DNA of 64,000 nucleotides from a virus, in the IMG/VR virus record IMGVR_UViG_3300044681_000369, positions 32,001 through 96,000 of that record. The stretch is one strand, 5' to 3'. A program made the translations under genes and the position numbers. Position 1 is the stretch's first letter, and each line of letters opens with the position of its first letter. Of the stretch, positions 34,943 to 44,553 are shown piece by piece. The notes under the pieces were generated by a model, which saw nothing but the letters and a program-made list of their open reading frames with translations, was not told the DNA's origin and searched no databases.

Positions 34943-36610
34943 TTAGGCACCAACTTCCTCGAACGATACTGAAGTTCTTACCGCAACAAAGTTGAGGTAA
35001 ATGAAGTTGATTGAACGGGCAGGTTTGATGTAGATGTCTGCAACAAACTCATTGCGGTCAATAACTTCTCCAGTATTGTTTGTTTCGTCACAAACAACTC
35101 GGAAGTCATAGATACCACGGCGACCCTGTACGTCTCTTAGGAAAGGCTCAACCATGGAGCGGAACTGCGCTCTTGTGAATACATCGTTGAACTCGAACAA
35201 CTGATACTTAGCGGCAGTAGCAATTGCTTTCTCAAGAACAATAAACAGTCTACGAACGTTAATACGATCAAATGCGCTTGGCTTGCTCAACTGAGTCTTA
35301 TCACCAAACAAGACTGTACCCTGACCAACAAACGAAACAACTGGGTTGACGTTCGATTTGTATAGAGTATCACGCTCTGTCTGATCTGGTGACCAGATTA
35401 GCTTGATAACATTCTTGACCTGACCACGATTGTAACCAGCAGGTGACCACCAAGGATCATTTGTCTGGTCTGTTCTAGCACATAGACCGGCAGTATCAGC
35501 ATTTAGAGGAATGTTAACATACTCGTCATTGTATGAGTCGTATTGAACTTTCCAGCCAGAATCCATCACCGCATATGAAGTTGAGCGATTGATGGTTGTG
35601 TTTCTGTAGTCTGCAACGTCGGTAGCCTCTGAACCAGCATTATTCTTAACTGCCACTAGAGGAGGCGAGAAGAATACCATGCAGTCTAGGCGAGCTAGTG
35701 CTACGTTGTCGATGGCATGCTTGACGACCGTATCGCTGTGACCACCAGTTAGTAGCAGAGAAACATCGTACTTGTCTTTGTCGGCCAGCATTGAGTAGCC
35801 AACATTGATGTCTGCATCCGAAGGTTCAACAGAGGTACCACCAGCAAAGGTGTGTGTATCTGGCTCAGATAGGCTCATAAATGTTGTGCCAATTGCTGTC
35901 CCGCCCCAGTTGGTCATTGAATTAGGATGATCCATCCACCAAATATACTGAGAACCCTTGTTGAGAACTTCTTTATAGTAGTTTGTGCTACCGTCAGAGA
36001 GTTTAGCAGTAAGAGCCTTAGACATGAATGGCCACTTCTCTAGTACGGCACCCTGTGTTCCGGTAAATACGCCGCTACCGTCGATGATGATAACGTGAAG
36101 TTCGTCATTTGAACCCGACTTGCTGGCTACAAAAGCAGATGTGCCTGGAGCACTATCAAAGTATGCTTTGTAGTCCCATTCGTCAAATGTTGCTGAGTCT
36201 GCCATGGAAACGATAAGACCGTTGCCACCTAGACCTGGGCATTTTGCCGCCCAGTTGCCAACATCAGCAGAACCTGTTGAGTAGTTGTTGTCGTAGTGAA
36301 CCTCGTTCTCAACAAGAATGCCTGTGCCGTCGGCAGTAGCATTCTTTGAACCTTCACCAACTACACGAACCAACTGTAGATTGTTGCCGTAGCCCAAAAA
36401 GTTAGATGCAGTAAAGAAGTCTACCTTATTGGAAACTGGTTTACCGAAGTATCTTACTAGATTTGCTTCGTTAGAAATTACTCTAACTTCCTTAACAGGT
36501 CCCCAAGTGAAATTACCAACAAAGCCTGCCGCAGAACTTGATACCGCAGGAACAATGTTGGTTAAATCCTTCTCTGTAACTTGGACGCCTGGCGATAATT
36601 GAAAAGCCAT
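34943..36610 (-). CDS. gp18: Tail sheath protein (gp18)
   Basis: SPGV...E.D, F.WGP, W.SPAG.NRG, FDRINVRRLF, IKPARSINFI. Confidence 0.97.
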   Translation of the reverse strand: MAFQLSPGVQVTEKDLTNIVPAVSSSAAGFVGNFTWGPVKEVRVISNEANLVRYFGKPVSNKVDFFTASNFLGYGNNLQLVRVVGEGSKNATADGTGILVENEVHYDNNYSTGSADVGNWAAKCPGLGGNGLIVSMADSATFDEWDYKAYFDSAPGTSAFVASKSGSNDELHVIIIDGSGVFTGTQGAVLEKWPFMSKALTAKLSDGSTNYYKEVLNKGSQYIWWMDHPNSMTNWGGTAIGTTFMSLSEPDTHTFAGGTSVEPSDADINVGYSMLADKDKYDVSLLLTGGHSDTVVKHAIDNVALARLDCMVFFSPPLVAVKNNAGSEATDVADYRNTTINRSTSYAVMDSGWKVQYDSYNDEYVNIPLNADTAGLCARTDQTNDPWWSPAGYNRGQVKNVIKLIWSPDQTERDTLYKSNVNPVVSFVGQGTVLFGDKTQLSKPSAFDRINVRRLFIVLEKAIATAAKYQLFEFNDVFTRAQFRSMVEPFLRDVQGRRGIYDFRVVCDETNNTGEVIDRNEFVADIYIKPARSINFIYLNFVAVRTSVSFEEVGA

Positions 36611-36667
36611 ATTCTTCTCCTCGTTTTAATATAATCTGACAACCACTTGTCTTGTTTTATATGAATT

Positions 36668-36675
36668 TATTTATA
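36668..36675 (-). promoter_or_regulatory. Late promoter for gp18
   Basis: TATAAATA. Confidence 0.8.
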
Positions 36676-36688
36676 ATAACCGATATTT

Positions 36689-38320
36689 CTATCTAAACCA
36701 ATTCGATCCCACATCGGAATCGACTTTCCACACATCGCCCGATTCCACAAAAACTTCTTCTTCAGTGCCGTTATTTATAGCACCGAAAGGAGTAAGTTCA
36801 TCCTCGATCTGTTCCATCTGCTCTGAATACATCTTCTTACGAACATCAACATCTGTCATGTCTTTGAAGTAAGGATTACTTGACATCCAGGCAATTAAAA
36901 CCAATGACATTACGAGATCATCAAAATATCCTTCGTCTGCCATCCAGGATCCTTGCTTTTCAATAAAAGTCGAGAACTCAGAGATGGTATCCGCATCAAA
37001 TACCAATAATTTCTGCTCTTCAAGTAAAGATTTTAAGGCAAAACAGCCCTGGCGCTTTACTTGTTTGGTCATTCTAACACCGCGTTGGGTTTTTGTGCCA
37101 AATCCAGGTGACAAATATTGCTTCAACTGGGCTTTGACAGTAGTTAGAATGTTGTCATACTCCAATTCCATATGGAGAATGTCTGCTACTTGTTGACCAA
37201 TATCGTTAATCTCAACAAGAACATATGCTTTATTATAATCATTGCCAACCTTAGCAATGATGTTTGGAAACAACATGGGTGCAATCTTATTATCACGATA
37301 CTTAGCCACCAGTTTATATGGGACTTGAGTTACGTCAACAACACTAAATGTTGAATAATCTCCACCCACGCCTCGTGCCGTATCAACACCCATCGCATAA
37401 ATGTGATCTTTTATAGGCTCTTCATATATATCTAAACCGTCTTTTTGATAAATTGGATCAACAGAACTCATGGCACCCAAAGTCTTGGCACCAATCAGTG
37501 TGTTGCTTGAACCCAAAAACTCACATAGAACTTCTTGATTGAACTTCAATTCACCAAGAAGACGTAACTGTTCTTCTGCCCATGCATCATCTCTACCAGG
37601 AATTCTGTGGTAAGGAATGAACATCGGCTCAAACCCGTTACGACCTTTTTCTGCTTCGTTCCAGAATTTCCAGAAATGGTTATAACCAAGTGGGGTTGAG
37701 GTCAAAAGAATTTTTGTTGTTTGACCAGCTGAAATGGTAGGATAAACGGATGCAAAGAACTGCTCTGCAACGGTGTTTGGAATGATTGCCGCTTCGTCAA
37801 TGTATAGCCAGTTAACAGACTTACCACGAATACCAGAAGCGGTAGTAGCGGCGGTAAAAATTTTAGACCCGTTTTCTAGTTCTACGTCACCCTTGTTCCA
37901 TGTACGAACGCCCTGTTGCATCCATAATGGCAAATTCTCATACATACCCTGATAACGAGCCATAACTTCCCTGGCTGCAGCCGTCTTGTTAGCCATAATA
38001 GCCACGGTCTTACTATCTTGGAAAAGAGTATACCACAAAATACAAGCGGCAGATGTAATAGTCTTACCCTGCTGGCGACCTTCCATTAAAATTGCTTTAC
38101 GATTGTTTAGAATGTGGTGAACTTTTTCTTTCTGACAATCGTATAATTTAAATAATTGTAAGCCGTGGTCCAGAGTAACTATTTGACAATAGTTCTCAAT
38201 AAAATAAATTGGATCTTCTTGGCACTTTATCAACTCAATAAGTTGTTCGTTGGTAAAAGTGTGTGTAAATCCAGCCGGCTTTAAATTGATATTACCGTGA
38301 TATGAATTTTCAGTCGCCAT
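36689..38320 (-). CDS. gp17: Terminase large subunit (gp17)
   Basis: GRQQGKT, YIDEAA, STPLG.NHF, GVDTA.G..GDYS, DDLVMSL. Confidence 0.97.
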   Translation of the reverse strand: MATENSYHGNINLKPAGFTHTFTNEQLIELIKCQEDPIYFIENYCQIVTLDHGLQLFKLYDCQKEKVHHILNNRKAILMEGRQQGKTITSAACILWYTLFQDSKTVAIMANKTAAAREVMARYQGMYENLPLWMQQGVRTWNKGDVELENGSKIFTAATTASGIRGKSVNWLYIDEAAIIPNTVAEQFFASVYPTISAGQTTKILLTSTPLGYNHFWKFWNEAEKGRNGFEPMFIPYHRIPGRDDAWAEEQLRLLGELKFNQEVLCEFLGSSNTLIGAKTLGAMSSVDPIYQKDGLDIYEEPIKDHIYAMGVDTARGVGGDYSTFSVVDVTQVPYKLVAKYRDNKIAPMLFPNIIAKVGNDYNKAYVLVEINDIGQQVADILHMELEYDNILTTVKAQLKQYLSPGFGTKTQRGVRMTKQVKRQGCFALKSLLEEQKLLVFDADTISEFSTFIEKQGSWMADEGYFDDLVMSLVLIAWMSSNPYFKDMTDVDVRKKMYSEQMEQIEDELTPFGAINNGTEEEVFVESGDVWKVDSDVGSNWFR

Positions 38321-38783
38321 GATCTATAATATTTTCTTTTTCTGCTTTTAAGGCTTTCAGTAATTCTTGTGTGCTTCCGGCAAAAACAATATTATTCTGG
38401 GTATCGATATTTTGTGACTTAGATTCTGGATCACGCAACTTCTTTTTTGCGCTTTGAAGAGCAAGCAAGTCTTTAGCCGTATCGCCTGTTGTTTTAATTA
38501 ATTGTCCAACAACCTCATATGCTCTAGGGCTATCGCTTGATAACGCAACATTTAGTGCGCCATCTAAAGCCTTTTCGCTTTTAGTGATGAGATCGTTTAA
38601 TTTTTTTCTTGCTACCTGATAATCATCTTCAATATCATCTCCGGTGGAAACGACTTCAGGTAAAGCTGGCGGGTCTTGAATTGCAGGAAGCTGTTGGGAT
38701 TCTTCCCGCTTTTTTAACGCATCTTCCAGATGTGTTCCAAAAATATCATCAAGTTTATTATAGGGGTTGTTCGTAGGTTTCAT
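38310..38783 (-). CDS. gp16: Terminase small subunit (gp16)
   Basis: DDY..AR, SPRAYEV.GQLIK, NN.VF.GST.EL.K; start trimmed to MKPTN. Confidence 0.9.
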   Translation of the reverse strand: MKPTNNPYNKLDDIFGTHLEDALKKREESQQLPAIQDPPALPEVVSTGDDIEDDYQVARKKLNDLITKSEKALDGALNVALSSDSPRAYEVVGQLIKTTGDTAKDLLALQSAKKKLRDPESKSQNIDTQNNIVFAGSTQELLKALKAEKENIIDHGD

Positions 38784-39549
38784 CAAACTGCTCCACATAG
38801 TCCCAGGCATCAACCACAGTTGCGTCTTCAGGATTTACTGTAACTGTATATTTACGGCTAATATCCGCATTTGTGTCTAAAGTCTCATAAGTCTTAGCAA
38901 TTGCCGTTTTAATAACGCCTTCTTGACTTACTGGACCATAGAAATTTAATGCTAGGGTAAATGATAATTCCCAAACAATTGCTGTTCTCTGAGTAAAGTT
39001 GCCCTCATACACATCTTGATATGTAATTCCGTCTAACCCAATTTCAAGAACTCTTTTGATTCCCATTTCTGGCAAATCATTAATAGAAACAGCAAAGTCT
39101 GGATTAAAAAACGGCAGTATTTGCTCTAATATCTGTAAACCATCATCTTGATTTTTTGCGGCAATATACAAATTAATATTCATATTATATGGTGCCGCAA
39201 CATATTGACTGCGAACGGAGTTTGGTCTATCGTCAACTCCTATCGCCTTATTCTTCTGAATGTAACTGACTTTTCTACTAGGATCATGAGACAGCCCTAC
39301 AATCTCAAAGCCCATTCTGGGAAGTATTGTAGCAACAGTGGCTGGCTGTACGCCATCATCGCCACCAGGAACAGCCTGAACTCTAGTTAAAAACTTATCT
39401 TTTGGAGCATATGCAAGTGGAACTCTGAGAGATTGTACAATCTTGGAAGAGGAATTCAATCTATTGATCGTTATTTGATTGAAGATTGTTCCAAAGGCAA
39501 TAATTGCCTTTCTAATATGCTGATGATAAAAGTGTTGTTTTAAAAACAT
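38758..39549 (-). CDS. gp15: Tail sheath stabiliser/terminator (gp15)
   Basis: FYH..IRK.I.AFGT.FN, VPLAYAPK.KF, LPRMGFE, QILEQILPFF.P. Confidence 0.93.
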   Translation of the reverse strand: MFLKQHFYHQHIRKAIIAFGTIFNQITINRLNSSSKIVQSLRVPLAYAPKDKFLTRVQAVPGGDDGVQPATVATILPRMGFEIVGLSHDPSRKVSYIQKNKAIGVDDRPNSVRSQYVAAPYNMNINLYIAAKNQDDGLQILEQILPFFNPDFAVSINDLPEMGIKRVLEIGLDGITYQDVYEGNFTQRTAIVWELSFTLALNFYGPVSQEGVIKTAIAKTYETLDTNADISRKYTVTVNPEDATVVDAWDYVEQFDETYEQPL

Positions 39550-40289
39550 TATCTAATCTCACCAAATGGGTTGAATGCAGAGAAATCGATAATTCCTTCT
39601 GCTTCGCTTTCTATATCAAGAGTATCATCAATTAATACAGATGTAGTAGATTTGAATTTTTCCATAATAATAGCTTTGCCATATTCATCTACAAGATTAT
39701 TGCCACTCTCGGTCAACACTTGCCATGCAAGTGAATCTTGAGTTTTATCATCTATAGAGTTTTGAATTCCTTCAATATCTGTATCAACAAATTCAGAACT
39801 GTATTCCCAAACCTCACATGCAAGTTTAAATGTATAAATTTTGCCTAATTGATAAAAAGGATTTAGAGCATCAACATATGTTATCTGGAAAAATGTCTGT
39901 GTTTTTGGAAAAAATAAAACATCACCTTCGGCTGGGCGATCTGGCAAAATTAAATTTTCTGCCTGTCTACCGATTGCCTCTTCCCAACGTCTTTTAGAAA
40001 CAACAAATGTTGCTGTGGATCTAAACTCGTATCCAAATTTTGTTAGAAGTTCGCCCTGCCCCTCAAATCCATCAGTATTTTCTAGATACATTTCTAGAGG
40101 ATACGCTTGATTGAAATAACCAATAGGGTCTTGATTAAAAATTGGATCTTGATTTACAATTGTGCGCGGAAGATAATAGACATCATGACCATATATCTTC
40201 ATACTCTCAATAACCAAGTCCTCCAACAAACGCTGTTCGTTGGTGGTACCTGAGGTATTACCAGATTGAAAGTAGAAATTAGTGGGCAT
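39549..40289 (-). CDS. gp14: Neck protein (gp14)
   Basis: EQ.L.EDL..ES..IYG.DVYYLPR, RP.EGD, PFYQLGK, FS..NPFG. Confidence 0.93.
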   Translation of the reverse strand: MPTNFYFQSGNTSGTTNEQRLLEDLVIESMKIYGHDVYYLPRTIVNQDPIFNQDPIGYFNQAYPLEMYLENTDGFEGQGELLTKFGYEFRSTATFVVSKRRWEEAIGRQAENLILPDRPAEGDVLFFPKTQTFFQITYVDALNPFYQLGKIYTFKLACEVWEYSSEFVDTDIEGIQNSIDDKTQDSLAWQVLTESGNNLVDEYGKAIIMEKFKSTTSVLIDDTLDIESEAEGIIDFSAFNPFGEIR

Positions 40290-40292
40290 AAT

Positions 40293-41261
40293 TTATCCCA
40301 CCATAAAATCGACAGGAAGTTCTGATTTAGATTGCATCTCTTGTTCTATTAGTGCAATCTCCTGAACGGCTTCATCATAAACTTGCTGTCCATTCATTAT
40401 GATGCCGCCGGGCAATTGCATGCCGCCAAACTTTTTCATGTTCTCGCCCCACTGTCTTTTAATAAGAGCAGTAGCGTATTTCTTTAAGAACATATCATCA
40501 TAAACTTGGGTAAATGTTTCTGGATCTAAAATACGATAACACTCAACAAGAACAAAGTCGCCTGGTTCAAAAACATCTTCCCAGTTGCAATGAACTTTTA
40601 AAGTGTCCGTTTTACGATTGAAAGAAAATGACCTATCGCCAACAAGAAGCATGTCAAGCATTGACAAGTATTGCTTCATTTGTGTATAGTAAATCATATC
40701 CGCAGATAACAAATTATACATGTCATTTAAACGGAATTGATACACAAGATCAAACATGTTGTTTGCGTTTTGTGAGCCACTGCTGGCTCCATTAATAGGC
40801 AATACTCTAATTACTCCAATTACAGCATCGCTAATGGAAATTTCTCCATTTTGCATGTCGCCGGGAGTATAAAAACTTGTAGATGCGAGTGTGCGAGAAT
40901 ACCCGGACTCTTGTCCAGTTAAATTTTCTCCTGCAACAAAGGTGCCTTGAACCTTTGTAATTGTTACTGTGGTGCTGGCTATAGAATAGACCTTACATGA
41001 GGCGCCAGATGTGTCGCCAATCAATGTTTCGCCCACAGTAAAAGAGGGCGCAGAAAGCCCTGTGAATTTTAGGGTAGCTGTTGTTACTTGGTGTTGAAGA
41101 TATACTCTCTCGACACCATCAAAATGATACTCTTGGAAATATTGCAGAGCGTCATCGATTCGGTCGGAAACCTGATCATCATCAACGTTAATCTCTATTA
41201 CTGGAAAACCAAGTCTGCGTAGACAGTAATCTACCAGCCCCTGTCGTGATGAAATAGCCAT
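40293..41261 (-). CDS. gp13: Neck protein (gp13)
   Basis: YCLRRLG.PVIEINV, YHFDG, K.YATALIK.QWG.N..KF, LPGG. Confidence 0.94.
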   Translation of the reverse strand: MAISSRQGLVDYCLRRLGFPVIEINVDDDQVSDRIDDALQYFQEYHFDGVERVYLQHQVTTATLKFTGLSAPSFTVGETLIGDTSGASCKVYSIASTTVTITKVQGTFVAGENLTGQESGYSRTLASTSFYTPGDMQNGEISISDAVIGVIRVLPINGASSGSQNANNMFDLVYQFRLNDMYNLLSADMIYYTQMKQYLSMLDMLLVGDRSFSFNRKTDTLKVHCNWEDVFEPGDFVLVECYRILDPETFTQVYDDMFLKKYATALIKRQWGENMKKFGGMQLPGGIIMNGQQVYDEAVQEIALIEQEMQSKSELPVDFMVG

Positions 41262-41283
41262 ATTTTGTCCTCTTTTCTAGGAC

Positions 41284-41291
41284 TATTTATA
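41284..41291 (-). promoter_or_regulatory. Late promoter for gp13
   Basis: TATAAATA. Confidence 0.8.
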
Positions 41292-41292
41292 A

Positions 41293-41712
41293 TTACCAAG
41301 AAGACAGTGCTATTCTTTTCCAAGTATTTTCTGAAACACAAATATAAAGATAGTTGGCATCGGCAGCCAATTGATTTACTTTTCCGGTTGCCGTAGATGA
41401 AGCCGGTACACTAACATATTCTACGTTAGTAATAACATCACCCAAAGTCTTTGATGCTGAAGATACGTTTGAAACACTACCTAAATTTAGGTTTGTATCT
41501 ACAGCCTGTGTAATTAAACCGAAGTCTTGACTTGATGAAAGATAATAATCGTCTGGTAGATTGCTACCAATTTCAATGATTGCGCCGTCTGTTCTCTTAG
41601 AATATAATGTACCATCTGCTAAATTTATAGCAAGTTCCCCAACCGCAATTTGACCTGCGGTTGGGGTAACGCCACTTGTTTCACTTCTTTTGAGTTGAAC
41701 GGTGGTTGCCAT
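41293..41712 (-). CDS. Small fibre/adaptor module with KRS-type (Mtd-N-like) N-terminal domain
   Basis: MATTVQLKRS...GELAINLADG.LY; C-term P.SSTA.G......D.NYLYIC...NTWKR.AL..W. Confidence 0.7.
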   Translation of the reverse strand: MATTVQLKRSETSGVTPTAGQIAVGELAINLADGTLYSKRTDGAIIEIGSNLPDDYYLSSSQDFGLITQAVDTNLNLGSVSNVSSASKTLGDVITNVEYVSVPASSTATGKVNQLAADANYLYICVSENTWKRIALSSW

Positions 41713-41713
41713 A

Positions 41714-43675
41714 TTAGTTCAACAGATTTCCTGATGCATCATAGACGTTTAGACGATAATAAGAGCCTTGCTGACCATCTAGAAGATCCGCGTCAAGCCC
41801 AGATCCAGAACCGTCCGCAGTCTTAATCGCTGTCAATAACTCTGCCGCCGTTGAATATGTTTCTGAGAAAGAAACTACGCCAGTTGAAGAGTTATAAGAC
41901 AAGTCGCCACTTACACTAATTGCGCTTCTTGCTCTAGCATTTGTGAAATACTGATTAGTGGAGCCTTCTGCCAGATCATCTGTATCGTGGTTTGAGATGC
42001 TATTTGTTGTTCCTGACGAGCCAGTTACGTTACCAGTTACGTTACCGGTTACGTTACCAACAAAGGTGCCAGCAACAAATGTTTCTGCCCCAACAGTCCA
42101 GCGATCATTTGTTTCATCCCACAATAGAGATTTGTTTGCTAAGGTGCCACGCTCAATTTCAATACCACCATTTTCTGATGGAGTTGAACCAGTATAGTTG
42201 CTGTTTAAGACAATTGTATTGTCAGCAATATTTACTGTTTCTGTATTGATTGTAGTTGTTGTGCCACTTACGGTTAGATTACCGTTCAACGTAAGATTGT
42301 CAAACGTTGGACTTGCCGAAGTTGCAACACTCTGACCAATGCTTACTTGACCAGCAACTACAGAGACGCCTGTGCCAGCAGTGATGGCTGCCTGCGCTCT
42401 TGCATTTGTGTAGTAAAGATTTGTTGAACCTTCACTCAAAGCATCAGTATTGTGATTGCTTAAAGAAGCAATTGTGCTTGGTGTTGTATACGACACAACA
42501 CCGGATGCTGAGTTGTAAGACAAAGAACCCGAAACGCTGATTGCGCCTCTAGCTCTTGCATCTGTAAAGTAAAGGTTTGCGCCCTCAGCGAGATCGCCAG
42601 TATCATGATTGCTTAGAGTAGAAACTTGACCAGTAAGATTACCGATAAAGGTTCCAGCAACAAAAGATTCGCCACCTACAGTCCAGCGATCATTTGCTTC
42701 ATCCCATAGTAGCGTAACACTTGTTGAACCGCCGCGAGAAATGCTGATACCAGCATCTTCGGTTGGCACACCAGAAGTGAAGTTGCTATTAAGAACAATC
42801 GTGTTGTCTGCTAAATTTACTGTTTCCGAATTGATGGTTGTTGTTGTGCCTGCAACAGTTAAATTGCCTGTCACATTCAAGTCATCATTTACGGTAACAT
42901 TACCAGTTCCAGCACCAGAAAGAACAAGATTTGTATCATTGTCTTTTGTGGTAATCTGATTTACTTTAATGTTATTACCAAATGAGATTGGATTACCAGC
43001 TGAGTTCGTAACATTTACGCCGTCTTCAAGCTGTAGTGTTCCTTTAACTGCAACAACGCCAGTTCCTGTAGGATCTAACTCTAAGTCACCAGAACCGCTA
43101 GTTTGAAGAACGAGATTTTGGTTAGAGTCGGCAGAAACAACAATGTTACCAGAATTTTCTTCTAGAACTTTCTGACCGTTAACGTAAAGTGAACCAGGAC
43201 CAACGTAAACGTCAGCCCACTGATAGCTAGGTGAACCCAAAGAGTACGTTACGTCTGCGGCAGGAATAATATTTCCGTCAAGTGCAGTTAGTAATGTTTT
43301 AACTCTTGCATCTGTGTAGTAAAGATTTGTTGTACCTTCTGTGATATCATCTGAATCGCCAGACAACTCACTTAAGGCATCTTTAGATTGAATTTGTGTT
43401 GTTACCCAAGAACGCTCTGCAATTGTTGACGTATCAACTGCAATTTCGCCCGTGGAATTGTTGTAATTGATACCAGTGCCGCCACTTAAACTTGTTAGTG
43501 CAATAGCAGTTGTGTTTGACAAGTCTGCTAGAGCCAACTCATAACCGCCTGCAGTTGAACCATCATGTACAACAACAGCAAATTTGCTGGTATCGACCGT
43601 GATTTCGCCCTCTGCACCAGTAAATGATGAGTGCTGTGCGCTAGTGCCTCTTCTTAGTTGTAAAATCGTTGCCAT
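41714..43675 (-). CDS. Fibre protein with Mtd-N-like RRG domain and EG.TNLY.T.AR repeats
   Basis: MATILQLRRGT...FTGAEGEITVDT; 4 x EG..N.Y.T.AR; GNVT repeats; DGSGSGLDADLLDG. Confidence 0.8.
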   Translation of the reverse strand: MATILQLRRGTSAQHSSFTGAEGEITVDTSKFAVVVHDGSTAGGYELALADLSNTTAIALTSLSGGTGINYNNSTGEIAVDTSTIAERSWVTTQIQSKDALSELSGDSDDITEGTTNLYYTDARVKTLLTALDGNIIPAADVTYSLGSPSYQWADVYVGPGSLYVNGQKVLEENSGNIVVSADSNQNLVLQTSGSGDLELDPTGTGVVAVKGTLQLEDGVNVTNSAGNPISFGNNIKVNQITTKDNDTNLVLSGAGTGNVTVNDDLNVTGNLTVAGTTTTINSETVNLADNTIVLNSNFTSGVPTEDAGISISRGGSTSVTLLWDEANDRWTVGGESFVAGTFIGNLTGQVSTLSNHDTGDLAEGANLYFTDARARGAISVSGSLSYNSASGVVSYTTPSTIASLSNHNTDALSEGSTNLYYTNARAQAAITAGTGVSVVAGQVSIGQSVATSASPTFDNLTLNGNLTVSGTTTTINTETVNIADNTIVLNSNYTGSTPSENGGIEIERGTLANKSLLWDETNDRWTVGAETFVAGTFVGNVTGNVTGNVTGSSGTTNSISNHDTDDLAEGSTNQYFTNARARSAISVSGDLSYNSSTGVVSFSETYSTAAELLTAIKTADGSGSGLDADLLDGQQGSYYRLNVYDASGNLLN

Positions 43676-43700
43676 TTTTGTCTCCTATTTCATTCTCTAT

Positions 43701-43913
43701 TTAGCTGCCACTGGAATAGGTTCCACCGTCAAGAACGGCACCGTCATCTAAGTTTGCAAGGTTAGTTTTAAGCAATTCGTGACCACCTGTTGTGCTACCA
43801 TCATGGACTCTAATTGTCCAATTTGTGGTATCAACTGTAATCTCGGCTTGCGCCCCGGTAAAGCTATTGTGTTGAGCTTCTGTACCTCTGCGGAGTTTTA
43901 CTCTAGCTGCCAT
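43701..43913 (-). CDS. Stand-alone Mtd-N-like (RRG-type) module ending in DGGTY
   Basis: Paralog of the N-terminal ~55 aa of 41714..43675. Confidence 0.75.
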   Translation of the reverse strand: MAARVKLRRGTEAQHNSFTGAQAEITVDTTNWTIRVHDGSTTGGHELLKTNLANLDDGAVLDGGTYSSGS

Positions 43914-43915
43914 GG

Positions 43916-44266
43916 TTATAGACTCCCGTAATCAATACTGTTGAACGCTTCAACACTATCAGTAATTAAGCCATAGTCTAAGTCAAATTGATTATTCAAT
44001 CTGACAATGGCTACACCTGGTGTTGTTTCGGTATCAACATAGAAGTCTGTAAAAGCTGTATCAGCAAACGAAATTGTAGAAACACTTGCTGTGTTGTCTC
44101 CATTGTTTACTTCTACGCCACCCATGGCTACTACAGTACCGTCGCTCTTTTTAGAGAATATCTTTCGATCGGTGAGGTTAATGGCAAGTTCGCCAACTGC
44201 TAAATCGGCAGCCGATGGCTCAGAGCCAGTAGTCTCACTCCTTTTAACCTGTACTATTGTAGACAT
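43916..44266 (-). CDS. KRS-type fibre adaptor with two DYG motifs
   Basis: MSTIVQVKRS...GELAINLTD; LDYGLIT...IDYGSL. Confidence 0.7.
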   Translation of the reverse strand: MSTIVQVKRSETTGSEPSAADLAVGELAINLTDRKIFSKKSDGTVVAMGGVEVNNGDNTASVSTISFADTAFTDFYVDTETTPGVAIVRLNNQFDLDYGLITDSVEAFNSIDYGSL

Positions 44267-44280
44267 TGATTTGCCCTGCC

Positions 44281-44499
44281 CTATTCTTTATTAAATGATC
44301 CGTTTTCCCAATCATCAGTTTGCTTTTTACTTGATTTACTGTCTTTGTTGACCGCTTTATCTAGTGCGGCAGTCAACTCTTGTATTTGTTCATTAGCCAT
44401 TGACAATTGAGTCTTTAGCATAATATTGTCAAGAGACATTGCTTTTACTTGTTCAGCTAGATTATTGATGTAGCTGTTTATAAACTTAGTCTGATCCAT
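44281..44499 (-). CDS. Small coiled-coil protein (possible fibre chaperone)
   Basis: Heptad-like LAEQVKAMSLDNIMLKTQL; follows the fibre gene. Confidence 0.6.
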   Translation of the reverse strand: MDQTKFINSYINNLAEQVKAMSLDNIMLKTQLSMANEQIQELTAALDKAVNKDSKSSKKQTDDWENGSFNKE

Positions 44500-44517
44500 T
44501 ATTTACTCTCAAGTTGT

Positions 44518-44537
44518 GGGGGAGCAAAAGCCCCCCC
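44518..44537 (-). other. GC-rich intergenic hairpin after the fibre gene
   Basis: GGGGGGGC-TTTT-GCTCCCCC; no U tract. Confidence 0.5.
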
Positions 44538-44553
44538 GTTTCATTTACTATTA

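Noticed and set aside
6264-38320. Introns, inteins or homing endonucleases in gp43, gp46, uvsW, gp20 or gp17
   Set aside because: All are continuous ORFs of typical length; no HNH, GIY-YIG or LAGLIDADG motifs seen
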